A DNA stretch of 64,000 bases. Source: an uncultured Gemmatimonadaceae bacterium. GTDB taxonomy: Bacteria; Gemmatimonadota; Gemmatimonadetes; Gemmatimonadales; Gemmatimonadaceae. The stretch spans positions 1,376,001 through 1,440,000 of the forward strand of contig CAVUDW010000003.1 of assembly GCA_963740355.1 (NCBI GenBank), written 5' to 3'. Below are positions 1 to 8,680 of this stretch, one piece after another. Positions within the stretch are counted from its first letter, which is position 1, and each line of letters opens with the position of its first letter. Under the pieces are notes generated by a model that was not told where the DNA came from, did no database searches, and was given only the letters and a program-made list of their open reading frames with translations. The position numbers were made by a program, and so were the translations under genes.

Positions 1-133
1 CGGCACAGCTGTTGCTCAGTGCGATGCCACGCGATGATTTGGGAACACTCCAACACATCGAGCCTTAACAGATCGAATCGACAGTCGTCCGCAACGTTGC
101 GTGCATCAATTGCGTTGAGAATCGTGCACTCGC

Positions 134-1168
134 GTGAGGGTATGGCGCCTGTTGCGTGTCATTCGAGACATGATCACCCCTTTCATTCAACCCATCGAGC
201 CGATGTCTGTTGCAGTGCGAGCGACGGGGCGCGGGATGCGAAGCGGTTTCACTGCACCGTGGCGGCTGCACTATTACCGCGATGAATTCGGAAACTTTGG
301 CGACGACCTCAATCCATGGCTCTGGCCACGCCTGTTGCCGGAGCTGCTGAACGAGAAGGCGGAAGGCGCGCTGGTTGGGATTGGCACCATCGTCAACGAT
401 CAGCTGCCACCTGGGCCGAAGGTCATCGTCGGGTCGGGCGTCGGGTACGGGAAGGTACCCAGACTGACGGACGACTGGGCAGTGCATTTCGTGCGCGGCC
501 CCGCCACTGCCCGCGCACTCGGCGTGCCCACCTCGTTCGCCATCACCGACCCGGCCCATCTCATCACGCAGTTCATCCGCCCCCTGCCGCGCGGCAAGGG
601 AACGGTCTACGTACCGCACCATGTGAGTGCGTACCGCGCCGACTGGCGCACGGTCGCCACGGCGGCCGGCATGCACTACGTCGATCCGGCTTCGAATGTG
701 CTGTCGGTCGTGGAAGCGATCCGCAGCGCGCGACTGGTGGTGACGTCGGCGATGCACGGCGCGATCCTCGCCGAGGCGTTCCGCGTGCCGTGGATTCGCA
801 CCAAGGCGTACGCGCACCTGAACGACTTCAAGTGGCAGGACTGGGGTGACTCACTCGGTGTCGACACCACCGCGGAATTGCTGCCGGAGCTGCACGATCA
901 GTCGGCCGCGGGCTTCAAGCAGCGGCTGTTGCGGGTGACGCGGGCCTGGCAGCGTGCGGGACGCCCTCGGCGCACGTCGCCGGTGAGTGTCCCTGCCATC
1001 GAAAGCGAGAAGGAGCAGTTCGATCGCGCCGTGGCGCGCCTGAGCGCGCTCAACGACCCGTCGCTGGGCACCCTCTCCGCTGATGCAGTGCTCGCGGATC
1101 GGGTGGAGCAATTGGTCGAGGCCGTGCAGCAGTTGAAGCGCCGGCTTTGCCCTGCGCATCTGAACTGA
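134..1168 (+). CDS. Polysaccharide pyruvyl transferase (ExoV-like)
   Basis: HYYRDEFGNFGDDLNPWLW, VGIGT, GSGVGYG, FVRGP, TDPA, PHH, SAMHGAILAEAFRVPW and FKWQDW motifs of the ExoV/pyruvyltransferase family; true start probably downstream (ATG at 170, 203 or 236). Confidence 0.85.
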   Translation: MRVWRLLRVIRDMITPFIQPIEPMSVAVRATGRGMRSGFTAPWRLHYYRDEFGNFGDDLNPWLWPRLLPELLNEKAEGALVGIGTIVNDQLPPGPKVIVGSGVGYGKVPRLTDDWAVHFVRGPATARALGVPTSFAITDPAHLITQFIRPLPRGKGTVYVPHHVSAYRADWRTVATAAGMHYVDPASNVLSVVEAIRSARLVVTSAMHGAILAEAFRVPWIRTKAYAHLNDFKWQDWGDSLGVDTTAELLPELHDQSAAGFKQRLLRVTRAWQRAGRPRRTSPVSVPAIESEKEQFDRAVARLSALNDPSLGTLSADAVLADRVEQLVEAVQQLKRRLCPAHLN

Positions 1169-1254
1169 GTCGCACGTCGGCGCCGGCTGCACGCAGCATG
1201 GAACTGCCGGAGCGTACGACTCCAACCCACACGGAACGCGCAGGACCTTCCGAC

Positions 1255-1671
1255 TCAGCTCACGTCGCGGGCCGACGGCGCAGCCACGTCAGCGACCGTC
1301 GTACCGCGCAGGAACTCTTCACGCGCGTTTCCCAGTTGCCGCCAGCGCTCGTGCGCCGCGCATGGCAACGACTCCTGACAGCGGCTGCGGCCGAGGATAC
1401 AGGTCTTGCCGGCCTGGGTCGGCTCGAACGGCGCCACCACATCGAACAATCGGATGCGTTCTGCGGGCCGTGAAAGCTTGAACCCGCCGGTACGGCCACG
1501 CGTCGATTCCAGCAGGCCGGCGCGTGTCAGCTGGTTGAGGATCTTGCCGCGATAGTTCGCGGGAACGCGCACCTTGCCTTCCATCGAGATCGCCGGCACC
1601 AGTGCATCGGCCGGCTGCTGCGCGATGAACGCCATGATGCGAAGGGCGTATTCGGAAGTTTGTGAGAGCAC
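1255..1671 (-). CDS. Rrf2-family transcriptional regulator with Fe-S ligand cysteines
   Basis: LSQTSEYALR start, wHTH, RGRTGGF, C-x5-C-x5-C-x2-H (CILGRSRCQESLPCAAH); GTG start at 1671; directly downstream of nosY. Confidence 0.9.
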   Translation of the reverse strand: MLSQTSEYALRIMAFIAQQPADALVPAISMEGKVRVPANYRGKILNQLTRAGLLESTRGRTGGFKLSRPAERIRLFDVVAPFEPTQAGKTCILGRSRCQESLPCAAHERWRQLGNAREEFLRGTTVADVAAPSARDVS

Positions 1672-1763
1672 GGGAGTGTGTGGCAAAAGCTGCGAGCAGT
1701 GTCTTCGTTCAGTTTACAAAGTGACGGGAGCCATGGGTAAGTGGGAATTACCCGACGCCGGCG

Positions 1764-2588
1764 TCAGAAGTCCCTGCGATCGAAGGCCTTCGCGCCGGCC
1801 CACCAGGGAATCACCATCCAGCTGGCCAGCGCCACGAACGCGAGCACGAGACCGGAGGCACTGCCGAACGCCATCCGAAAGACAGCACCGGTGTATCCCA
1901 TGAGCGCGGCCACATCGAGCCGCAGCAGCAGGATCGTGCGCGCCAGGTCGATGGGATTGAGCACCATTGCCGCCAGCATGCCACGCTCGATCGGCCAATC
2001 CCTGAATGCGGTCGCGATCGCGAGGATGATCCCGTCGTAGAGAATGCCGAGTGCGAGCCAGAGCAGGATCGCGACCCCGAGCCCTCGCGCGCGATCACGC
2101 ACACTGACGGTGATCAGGAACGCCAGCGCCGTAAACACTCCCACCAGCAGCACACTGACCGCCAGCAGCACCAGCAGCATTGGTAGCGTGGCGGGATCGA
2201 GCGCTCGCTCGAGGACGAAGGGCAAACCGATCCCCACCAGCGTCGCGCCCATCAGGGGCAGGGTCAGGCCGAGGTAGAGACCAATGAAGAGCGCCCGCCG
2301 CGGGATCGGCTGTGCCAGCAGCAACTCCGTGAACTCCCGCGCGCTGTACAACGAGGCAGAGCCAAGGATCAGCGCGATCAGTGGCACCAGCAGCAGTACG
2401 ACGTTCAGTAGCGACACCAGCGCCGATGGCCCACTCCCCGCCAAGCGAAGCAACAGGTCACCCGCGACGGCGAGGACGATGGCGTAGGCGATCACCCAAC
2501 GCTTGCGCAAAACATCACGAGACTGATGCACCGCGATGATGCCGGCGAGCGCGCCGGTACCCGGCACCGACATGGATGAAGTGCTCAT
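1764..2588 (-). CDS. nosY: NosY, ABC transporter permease of the CuZ maturation system
   Basis: Multi-TM protein, ELLLAQPIPR, NPIDLAR..LMGYTGA, ends FDRRDF; overlaps nosF stop. Confidence 0.92.
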   Translation of the reverse strand: MSTSSMSVPGTGALAGIIAVHQSRDVLRKRWVIAYAIVLAVAGDLLLRLAGSGPSALVSLLNVVLLLVPLIALILGSASLYSAREFTELLLAQPIPRRALFIGLYLGLTLPLMGATLVGIGLPFVLERALDPATLPMLLVLLAVSVLLVGVFTALAFLITVSVRDRARGLGVAILLWLALGILYDGIILAIATAFRDWPIERGMLAAMVLNPIDLARTILLLRLDVAALMGYTGAVFRMAFGSASGLVLAFVALASWMVIPWWAGAKAFDRRDF

Positions 2589-3364
2589 GACGACGCCTCT
2601 CGCACGACGTGAAGGTGGGGCTGCCCAGTCGGCACCGCGAGGGCCGCCGGCGGGATGTCCGCGAGGGGCGACTGCATCAGCGTGGTCAGTGCTTCGTCGA
2701 GTGAAGAGGCAAGCGCTTCACGCAGGAGCGCTTCCACTGGCCCCGCGAAACGGATCGAGCCGTCGAGCAGGAAGGCGATGTCGTCAGCCAGCACCGCCAG
2801 TTCGGCGACAACGTGGGTGGTGAGCAGGATCGTCGTGCCCGCGTCGCGGGCCGCCATCACGGCCACCTTGAAGACGGAGGCGGCCAATGGATCGAGGCCG
2901 GCGGTGGGTTCGTCCAGAACCAACAGCGTGGGGCGGTATCGGAACGCGATCACGGCGGAGAGCTTCTGCCTCGTGCCCCCGGACAGCGTGCGCACCGGCT
3001 TGTCGAGTTGCCCCGCGACGGCGAACCGTTCCAGCAACGTGTTGTCCGGCACGACATCGGGACGCAGAGCGTCGAGCATCGCGAGCACCTCGTGACCGGT
3101 GAGATTGTCCGGAAAACTCGGCGTCTGCGGCATGTAGCCGATGGCTGCGCGTGCGGCGGGGAGTCGAACATCACGACCGTCAGCCAGGGTGATGGTGCCA
3201 CGATCGGGGCGTGTGAGGCCGAGGATACAGCGAATCAACGTGCTCTTCCCTGCCGCGTTCGGGCCGACGATGGCTGTCACACGGCCAGGTGTGAGGGCGA
3301 GGTCGATGCCGCGCAGCACAGGCAGCTGACCAAAGCGCTTGTAGACGCCGGTGAATCGGATCAT
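2585..3364 (-). CDS. nosF: NosF, ABC transporter ATP-binding protein
   Basis: Walker A GPNAAGKS, LSGG, LDEPTAGLDP; between nosD and nosY with overlapping start/stop codons. Confidence 0.92.
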   Translation of the reverse strand: MIRFTGVYKRFGQLPVLRGIDLALTPGRVTAIVGPNAAGKSTLIRCILGLTRPDRGTITLADGRDVRLPAARAAIGYMPQTPSFPDNLTGHEVLAMLDALRPDVVPDNTLLERFAVAGQLDKPVRTLSGGTRQKLSAVIAFRYRPTLLVLDEPTAGLDPLAASVFKVAVMAARDAGTTILLTTHVVAELAVLADDIAFLLDGSIRFAGPVEALLREALASSLDEALTTLMQSPLADIPPAALAVPTGQPHLHVVREASS

Positions 3365-4626
3365 GGGTGTGCCCGCATGGCAGGGGCCGTATCCACCACC
3401 GCGGCCGGAGTGAGCACTGGCAGCACACGTTCGGCAAGGTCGAGCAGGTCGAGCAGGAAGGAGCGAAGCAGGATCAGCGCCGGCGGGTTGTTCTCCACGA
3501 TTAGCGAGAAGAAGCGCACCGGGTGATGCGGCACATCGCCCACGCCATCGCGATCGAGGTCGTAGCCGCGGTAGGCATCCCAGTAGTTGTCGTGCATCTG
3601 GGTGGTATTGCGGTCACCCACCGCCACGACGTCGAAGGCGTTGCCGACGAAGTCATTGCGTGCCACAGTGTTGTTCTCGGCACTGGCCATGAGCCGCAGT
3701 GCCCAGCCGTTGCGCTCCATGCGATTGCCGACGATCTGGTTCCGGTTGGCATCCTCGAGGTGCAACCCGACGGAGTTCGACCGGAAGGTGTTGCCCTCGA
3801 TGCGCGAATCGGAGATCGACTTCAGGAGCAGGCCATAGGAGGCGCTGCCGCGTGAGTCGGCGAAGAGGTTGTCGCGCAGCTCGACATGATTGGTGTACAT
3901 CACCGCAATACCGGCCGCGTTGTGCTCGAACCGGTTGTGGATGTACTGGCAGCTGTCGGAGAACATGAAGTGCAGGCCATACCGTCCGTTCTCGCGGCTG
4001 ATGTTGTCGCGTGCCACGCCGCCGTGCGAGAACTCGAAGTACATGCCATCGCGATGCCGCTCGATGGTGTTGTGGGTGAGCAGCACGTCGCGTGAGTACC
4101 AGAGGTGAATGCCATTGCCGGCATCCATCTCACCGCCGGCGGTGCCGCTGATGATGTTGTCACGCACCTCGCAGCCCGTCACCCGCGCGAGGTAGACGCC
4201 GAAAAACGCCTGCTCGATCCGGTTGCCAACCACGCGACAGTCGGTGACATCGGCGAAGCGAATGGCCGCCCGATCGTCGATGCCGCTGAAGCCGGTGTTC
4301 CTGAGGGTGAGCCCCTCGATACTCACGTGTGATGCCCGGACCACCACCAACGCGTGCGTCCCCTCGCCATCCAGCACGGTGCCCGCTTCACCGCGGAGGG
4401 TGACCGGCTGCAGCACCATCAGCGTCGGCTCGCGGTATGTACCGCGATGGATCACGAGGGTGTCGAACGGCTGCGCTGCGGCCAGTGCCGCGGTGATTGG
4501 CATACCACGCGTGGGGTAGACGTCGACTTGTCGCGCCTGTAGCGATGGCGCCGCGAGTAACATCAGCGCGAGGCCGCAGCCCACCGTCGCGTCGCGATGC
4601 GGGCAGGCGTGCAAATCAGCTCGCAT
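3361..4626 (-). CDS. nosD: NosD, periplasmic beta-helix copper-maturation protein
   Basis: GNGIHLW, RDGMYFEFS, RYGLHFMFS, NYWDAYRGYDLDRDGVGD motifs; start approximated at ATG 4626. Confidence 0.95.
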   Translation of the reverse strand: MRADLHACPHRDATVGCGLALMLLAAPSLQARQVDVYPTRGMPITAALAAAQPFDTLVIHRGTYREPTLMVLQPVTLRGEAGTVLDGEGTHALVVVRASHVSIEGLTLRNTGFSGIDDRAAIRFADVTDCRVVGNRIEQAFFGVYLARVTGCEVRDNIISGTAGGEMDAGNGIHLWYSRDVLLTHNTIERHRDGMYFEFSHGGVARDNISRENGRYGLHFMFSDSCQYIHNRFEHNAAGIAVMYTNHVELRDNLFADSRGSASYGLLLKSISDSRIEGNTFRSNSVGLHLEDANRNQIVGNRMERNGWALRLMASAENNTVARNDFVGNAFDVVAVGDRNTTQMHDNYWDAYRGYDLDRDGVGDVPHHPVRFFSLIVENNPPALILLRSFLLDLLDLAERVLPVLTPAAVVDTAPAMRAHP

Positions 4627-5707
4627 GGTGTGCATCGGCTGACTCGTGCGACTGCGCAGTGGAAGCGGCCTTCGCTGCGCGCACCAGCGACGGCCAGTCA
4701 CGCACCGCACCGCCATACCGCGTCACAGCCGCTGCGGGCGCGCTGCCAGGTGCGAGCGCGAGCAGGGAGCGGCCCATGGGTGACCCGATCGTCGAGCCGG
4801 TGATGAAGACCGCCTTGCTGGCTGGCAGCCAGGTGCCAGGGTGCTCGAAGTCACTGACCCAGACGTCGGCCAGCGTGGTACTGTCGGCGCTGGCGACATA
4901 TGCGGCGAGGCACTCGAGCGCGTCGAAGGTCTGGACGCGACCGGTGCGCGTGACCACCTCGCCGCCGAAGCGCGGGTCGGTGATCATCATGCGGCACTGC
5001 GCACACTCATCGGTACCCGCCACCAGTGCCCGCGGGCCCGCCGTGCCGCACGCACCAACCACCAGCGACGCCACCAGCACCATGGCGGTGGAGGCCAGCG
5101 GCACGGCGCGCTGTACCGCGCCGGCATTCGGCGACCGACGCACGACCAGCAGGTACATCAACACCAGTCCGAACACGCCCCCTGCCGCGATCAGCATCCA
5201 GCCACCGATATCTGGATACGAATTCGCCACGAAGTTGAGGATCTGCTTCGAGCCGAAGAGCGGTGGCTGATAGGTGAGCCCAGGGATCCGGATGGCTGCG
5301 TCAGGATTCAGGTTGTGGCCGTAGTCGTATTCCCATCGCCAGAAGTCGTACACGCCCGCGCCCAGAGTCGCGAGCACCGCGCAGGCCCAGCCGATGTAGA
5401 GGCCACGCGCACCGCGCCAGGCTACCAGCAGTCCGGTGAGCGCGATGGTCGCTGCGATCCATGGCATGTAACGCAGCTCCGGGATCGCATCCGGCTCGAT
5501 GCGATGCATCCCGATGTAGTGGTTCAAGCCGTTGATGTTGTCGAGGTCGTGCTCGGTGACACCGGTCACGCCATTCACGTGGATCAGCATCCCGATCCCT
5601 TCCGGGTACTGCGGCGCCTCGAGCGTCACGCGCCAGAGGGGGAAGGCAAACACACCGAGAACGGCGACGGCGGCGAGCGCCACCAGCCAACGAGTGAAAC
5701 GAGGCAT
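4616..5707 (-). CDS. nosL: NosB (membrane)-NosL (copper chaperone) fusion protein
   Basis: N-half PLWRVTLEAPQYPEG, INGLNHYIGM, YDYGHNLNPDA, YQPPLFG (NosB-type); C-half DECAQCRMMI, FDALEC, SPMG (NosL). Confidence 0.85.
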   Translation of the reverse strand: MPRFTRWLVALAAVAVLGVFAFPLWRVTLEAPQYPEGIGMLIHVNGVTGVTEHDLDNINGLNHYIGMHRIEPDAIPELRYMPWIAATIALTGLLVAWRGARGLYIGWACAVLATLGAGVYDFWRWEYDYGHNLNPDAAIRIPGLTYQPPLFGSKQILNFVANSYPDIGGWMLIAAGGVFGLVLMYLLVVRRSPNAGAVQRAVPLASTAMVLVASLVVGACGTAGPRALVAGTDECAQCRMMITDPRFGGEVVTRTGRVQTFDALECLAAYVASADSTTLADVWVSDFEHPGTWLPASKAVFITGSTIGSPMGRSLLALAPGSAPAAAVTRYGGAVRDWPSLVRAAKAASTAQSHESADAHHAS

Positions 5708-5734
5708 CGGGACCTGTCGAAGAAGGAGCGAGAG

Positions 5735-5765
5735 CGGCGGCGGTGGCGTGGAGCCACCACCGCCG
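5735..5765 (-). terminator. GC-rich hairpin between nosZ and nosB-L (RNA-stabilising element or partial terminator)
   Basis: Minus strand CGGCGGTGGTGGC-TCCAC-GCCACCGCCGCCG followed by pyrimidine-rich CTCTCGCTCCTTCTT. Confidence 0.55.
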
Positions 5766-5779
5766 TCTGAAAGTCGAGA

Positions 5780-7813
5780 TCAGTGTTTCGGCATCGCGGC
5801 GGCCGCTGCTGCCACGGTCGCCTCGACGTTCTGTCCGGTGCGGCCAGAGTTGGCCAGCAAGGGCACGTTCGAGCCCGGCGCCGAGATGCGGATGTAGCCC
5901 TGCATCTCCTGGTGCAATGCCGAACAGAAGTCGGTGCAGTAGAACGGGTAGACACCGATGCGAGTCGGCACCCACTTCAGCGTGCGCGTCTCACCCGGCA
6001 TCATCAAGATCTCCGAGGTGTTGGCGCCCGTCACCGCAAAGCCGTGCGGCATGTCCCAGTCCTGCTCGATGTTGGTGACGTGGAAGTACACTGTGTCGCC
6101 GAGCTGCACACCCTCGATGTTGTCGGGCGAGAAGTGACTGCGCAGCGCCGCCATGCGGACGTGCACCGCCTTTCCGGTACGACTGATTCCTGTCTCCCGC
6201 TCCGTGCGTGCCACCTGCGGGTGACGGTTCTCCTTGAGCGAGAAGAAACGCAGCTGCCGATCGCGAATCACGCTGGCCAGGATCGCATTGCCGTAGTGCG
6301 GTTCACCGAAGGTCGGGAAGTCGAGCAGCAGCTTCATCTTGTCGCCTTCGATGCTGTAGAGCTGCGCTGACTGTGCGAGCTCAGGACCCGTCGGCAGGTA
6401 CCGATCCTTGGTGATCTTGTTCATGGCCAGCACGTACTTGCCAGCCGGCTTGCGCGTGCCACCGCCAGGAATCATCAGGTGACCGACGGAATAGAACGTC
6501 GGTGTCCGGTCCACCACCTCCCACGTGCCAAGCTTCCACTTCACAATTTCGGACGAAAGAAACATCGAGGTGTAGGCGTAGCCCTTGCCATCGAACTCGG
6601 TGTGGAGCGGACCGAGGCCAGGGTTCTTCACTTCGCCGGCCAGCACGCTGGCGTAGCGCAGCACCGGGATGCCCTCGACTTCACCTTCGAAGTCCTTCTT
6701 CTCGATGGCCGCCATCATCTTCGTGAAGCTGTGCACCGGGATCACCGAGGCGAGCTTGCCACCAGCGACGATGTATTCGCCCGACGGATCGACGTCAGCG
6801 CCGTGCGGCGACTTCGGCGTCGGCAGGAGGTACATCACACCCGGACAGGCTGCCGTCTCGAGGGTGATGACACTCGTCTCCTTCGTCGTGTGCGCCGTGC
6901 GCGAGAACTCGTCCATCGTGTTGTGCAGGTATTCCGTGGGCATGGTCACGCCCTTCCCTGCCGCCACGCACGCCTCGGCCTTCTTCCAATTCACCGCGCC
7001 GACGAAGTCCTTGTCGTTGCGCGAGGCATTCGCCTCGAGCAGGCTGTTGGCTTGCTCGGAGTTGTACGAGGTGAAGAACATCCACCCGTCCGACGGCCCC
7101 TTGCCGGCGCGTGCGAGATCGTAGTTGAAGCCCGGCACCAACAGCTGGAACGCAATCCGCATCTTCCCGGGTTGGTTCGCCGTGACGAAACTGATCGATC
7201 CACGGAAGCCCTTCTTGTAGTCCGAGATCGGCATGTCGCGGTTCGGGATCGGCACACTGAAGCGCGTCGAGGCCACCACGTATTCGCTGTTCTGCGTGAT
7301 GAACGGTGACGCATGGTTGCCAGCGGCGTTGGGGATCTCGATGATCTCCGACGTTTCCATCTTGGTGAGGTCGATGCGGCCAATGCGCGGCGTGTTGTTC
7401 GCATTGACGAACAGCCAGCGACCATCGTCCTCGCCGTTGGTCTGCGAGAGTGCCGTGTGATGGAGGTCGTCCCACGGCACGAACCCGTACGACGTCTCGA
7501 GCATCGCCTTCGTCTCTTCGTTGTAGCCCCAGCCATTCTCGGCGTGCTGGCTGAACACCGGGATCAGCTTCAGCAGTCGGCCCGAGGGCAGACCGTAAAC
7601 GCCGACCTGTCCGTTGAATCCCCCGGAGAGGAAGGCGTAGAACTCATCGTACTTGCCAGGCGCGACATACACCTGCTGCGCGGCATCGCCGCCAACCAGC
7701 GCGGTGTTGGGTTTCGTGGCACCAGTCGGGGCGCAAGCGTAGGCCAACACAATGGCAGAACCAACTGCCACTGCTGCGAGACCGGCCTTTCCCTGGGTGA
7801 GCAATCGGGACAT
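5780..7813 (-). CDS. nosZ: Nitrous oxide reductase, clade II (Sec-dependent)
   Basis: CuZ His motifs DDLHH, GNH, PHG, GPLH, EPH; CuA motif HGF..FYCTDFCSALHQEM; FLSGGFNGQ; no twin-arginine; RBS GGAGAG upstream of ATG 7813. Confidence 0.98.
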   Translation of the reverse strand: MSRLLTQGKAGLAAVAVGSAIVLAYACAPTGATKPNTALVGGDAAQQVYVAPGKYDEFYAFLSGGFNGQVGVYGLPSGRLLKLIPVFSQHAENGWGYNEETKAMLETSYGFVPWDDLHHTALSQTNGEDDGRWLFVNANNTPRIGRIDLTKMETSEIIEIPNAAGNHASPFITQNSEYVVASTRFSVPIPNRDMPISDYKKGFRGSISFVTANQPGKMRIAFQLLVPGFNYDLARAGKGPSDGWMFFTSYNSEQANSLLEANASRNDKDFVGAVNWKKAEACVAAGKGVTMPTEYLHNTMDEFSRTAHTTKETSVITLETAACPGVMYLLPTPKSPHGADVDPSGEYIVAGGKLASVIPVHSFTKMMAAIEKKDFEGEVEGIPVLRYASVLAGEVKNPGLGPLHTEFDGKGYAYTSMFLSSEIVKWKLGTWEVVDRTPTFYSVGHLMIPGGGTRKPAGKYVLAMNKITKDRYLPTGPELAQSAQLYSIEGDKMKLLLDFPTFGEPHYGNAILASVIRDRQLRFFSLKENRHPQVARTERETGISRTGKAVHVRMAALRSHFSPDNIEGVQLGDTVYFHVTNIEQDWDMPHGFAVTGANTSEILMMPGETRTLKWVPTRIGVYPFYCTDFCSALHQEMQGYIRISAPGSNVPLLANSGRTGQNVEATVAAAAAAMPKH

Positions 7814-7910
7814 CTGACTCTCCGTGCACAATGTGAAGGAGCGTGTCCGTCGTGCCGTGGCACGCTCGTAGGGATAGGTACGGCGAGCGCGCAGCGCGCA
7901 ACGTCCGTCA

Positions 7911-7960
7911 TTGCCTGTAAAAACGTCAGGCAAATGCTGACATTCCCATCCGCATATGCG
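7911..7960. promoter_or_regulatory. Candidate operator(s) in the nosZ / cytochrome c divergent promoter
   Basis: TTGCCTG-N9-CAGGCAA (7911-7933) and perfect palindrome CGCATATGCG (7951-7960) in a locally AT-rich stretch. Confidence 0.4.
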
Positions 7961-8053
7961 ATTTATCTTCGGCGTGTAGCCCTCATCCGACTGACGGCGC
8001 GTCGACTCTCCGACGCGCGTTCCTCGCCACCGCACCCCGCCATGATTCACTCG

Positions 8054-8572
8054 ATGCCACGTTTCATCACCGTCTCTGCAATTGCATTCAGCGTCACTGC
8101 CCTGGCAGCCTGTGGTGGTGGCGAAGCGAAGACGGCCTCGCCTGACTCTGTCACCGCAGCGGCTGCACCGGTTGCCGCAGCCGCAACCGAGGACAAAGGC
8201 GCCACGACCTACGGACAGATTTGCGCGAGCTGCCATCAAGCCACTGGCATGGGCGTCGACGGCACCTTCCCGCCTCTCAAGGGATCGAAGTGGCTGCTCG
8301 GCGATCCGAGTGTGCCGATCTCGATCGTCATCGCCGGCCTGCAAGGCGAGATCAAGGTCGATGGCAAGGACTACAACGGTGCGATGCAACCGTGGGGCAT
8401 GCTCAGCGATGACGACGTGGCGAACGTGCTGACCTACGCACGATCGCAGTGGGGCAACGCCGCCAGCGCGGTGACCGCAGCGGAAGTGAAGGCCATCCGC
8501 GACAAGATCGGCAGCCGCGGTACATGGACAGCCGAGGAACTGAAGAAGACCTATCCAGGCGCCGGGAGCTGA
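8054..8572 (+). CDS. Monoheme cytochrome c lipoprotein
   Basis: Lipobox LAAC, Ala-rich linker, CASCH, FPPL, YNGAMQPW (axial Met), LTYARSQWGN; alternative start 8042. Confidence 0.93.
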   Translation: MPRFITVSAIAFSVTALAACGGGEAKTASPDSVTAAAAPVAAAATEDKGATTYGQICASCHQATGMGVDGTFPPLKGSKWLLGDPSVPISIVIAGLQGEIKVDGKDYNGAMQPWGMLSDDDVANVLTYARSQWGNAASAVTAAEVKAIRDKIGSRGTWTAEELKKTYPGAGS

Positions 8573-8582
8573 GCGAGGCGCG

Positions 8583-8653
8583 GCTGACGGTGGTGCCGTC
8601 AGCACAAAAGAAGAACGCGGCAAAATTCAGTGCATCGAATGTTGCCGCGTTCT
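8583..8653. terminator. Two hairpins between convergent genes (likely bidirectional terminator)
   Basis: GCTGACGG/CCGTCAGC (8583-8603) and AGAACGCGGCAA/TTGCCGCGTTCT (8612-8653), the latter with a T-tract on the minus strand. Confidence 0.65.
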
Positions 8654-8680
8654 CATCGAGCATGTCCTACGCCCTGGCGA

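Noticed and set aside
7313..8041. Long N-terminal extension of cytochrome c (419-aa ORF)
   Set aside because: Antisense to nosZ; the lipoprotein signal starts at 8042 or 8054
7814..8623. 270-aa N-terminal extension of NosZ in the 947-aa ORF
   Set aside because: It is the antisense of the cytochrome c gene plus promoter DNA; RBS and signal peptide place the start at 7813
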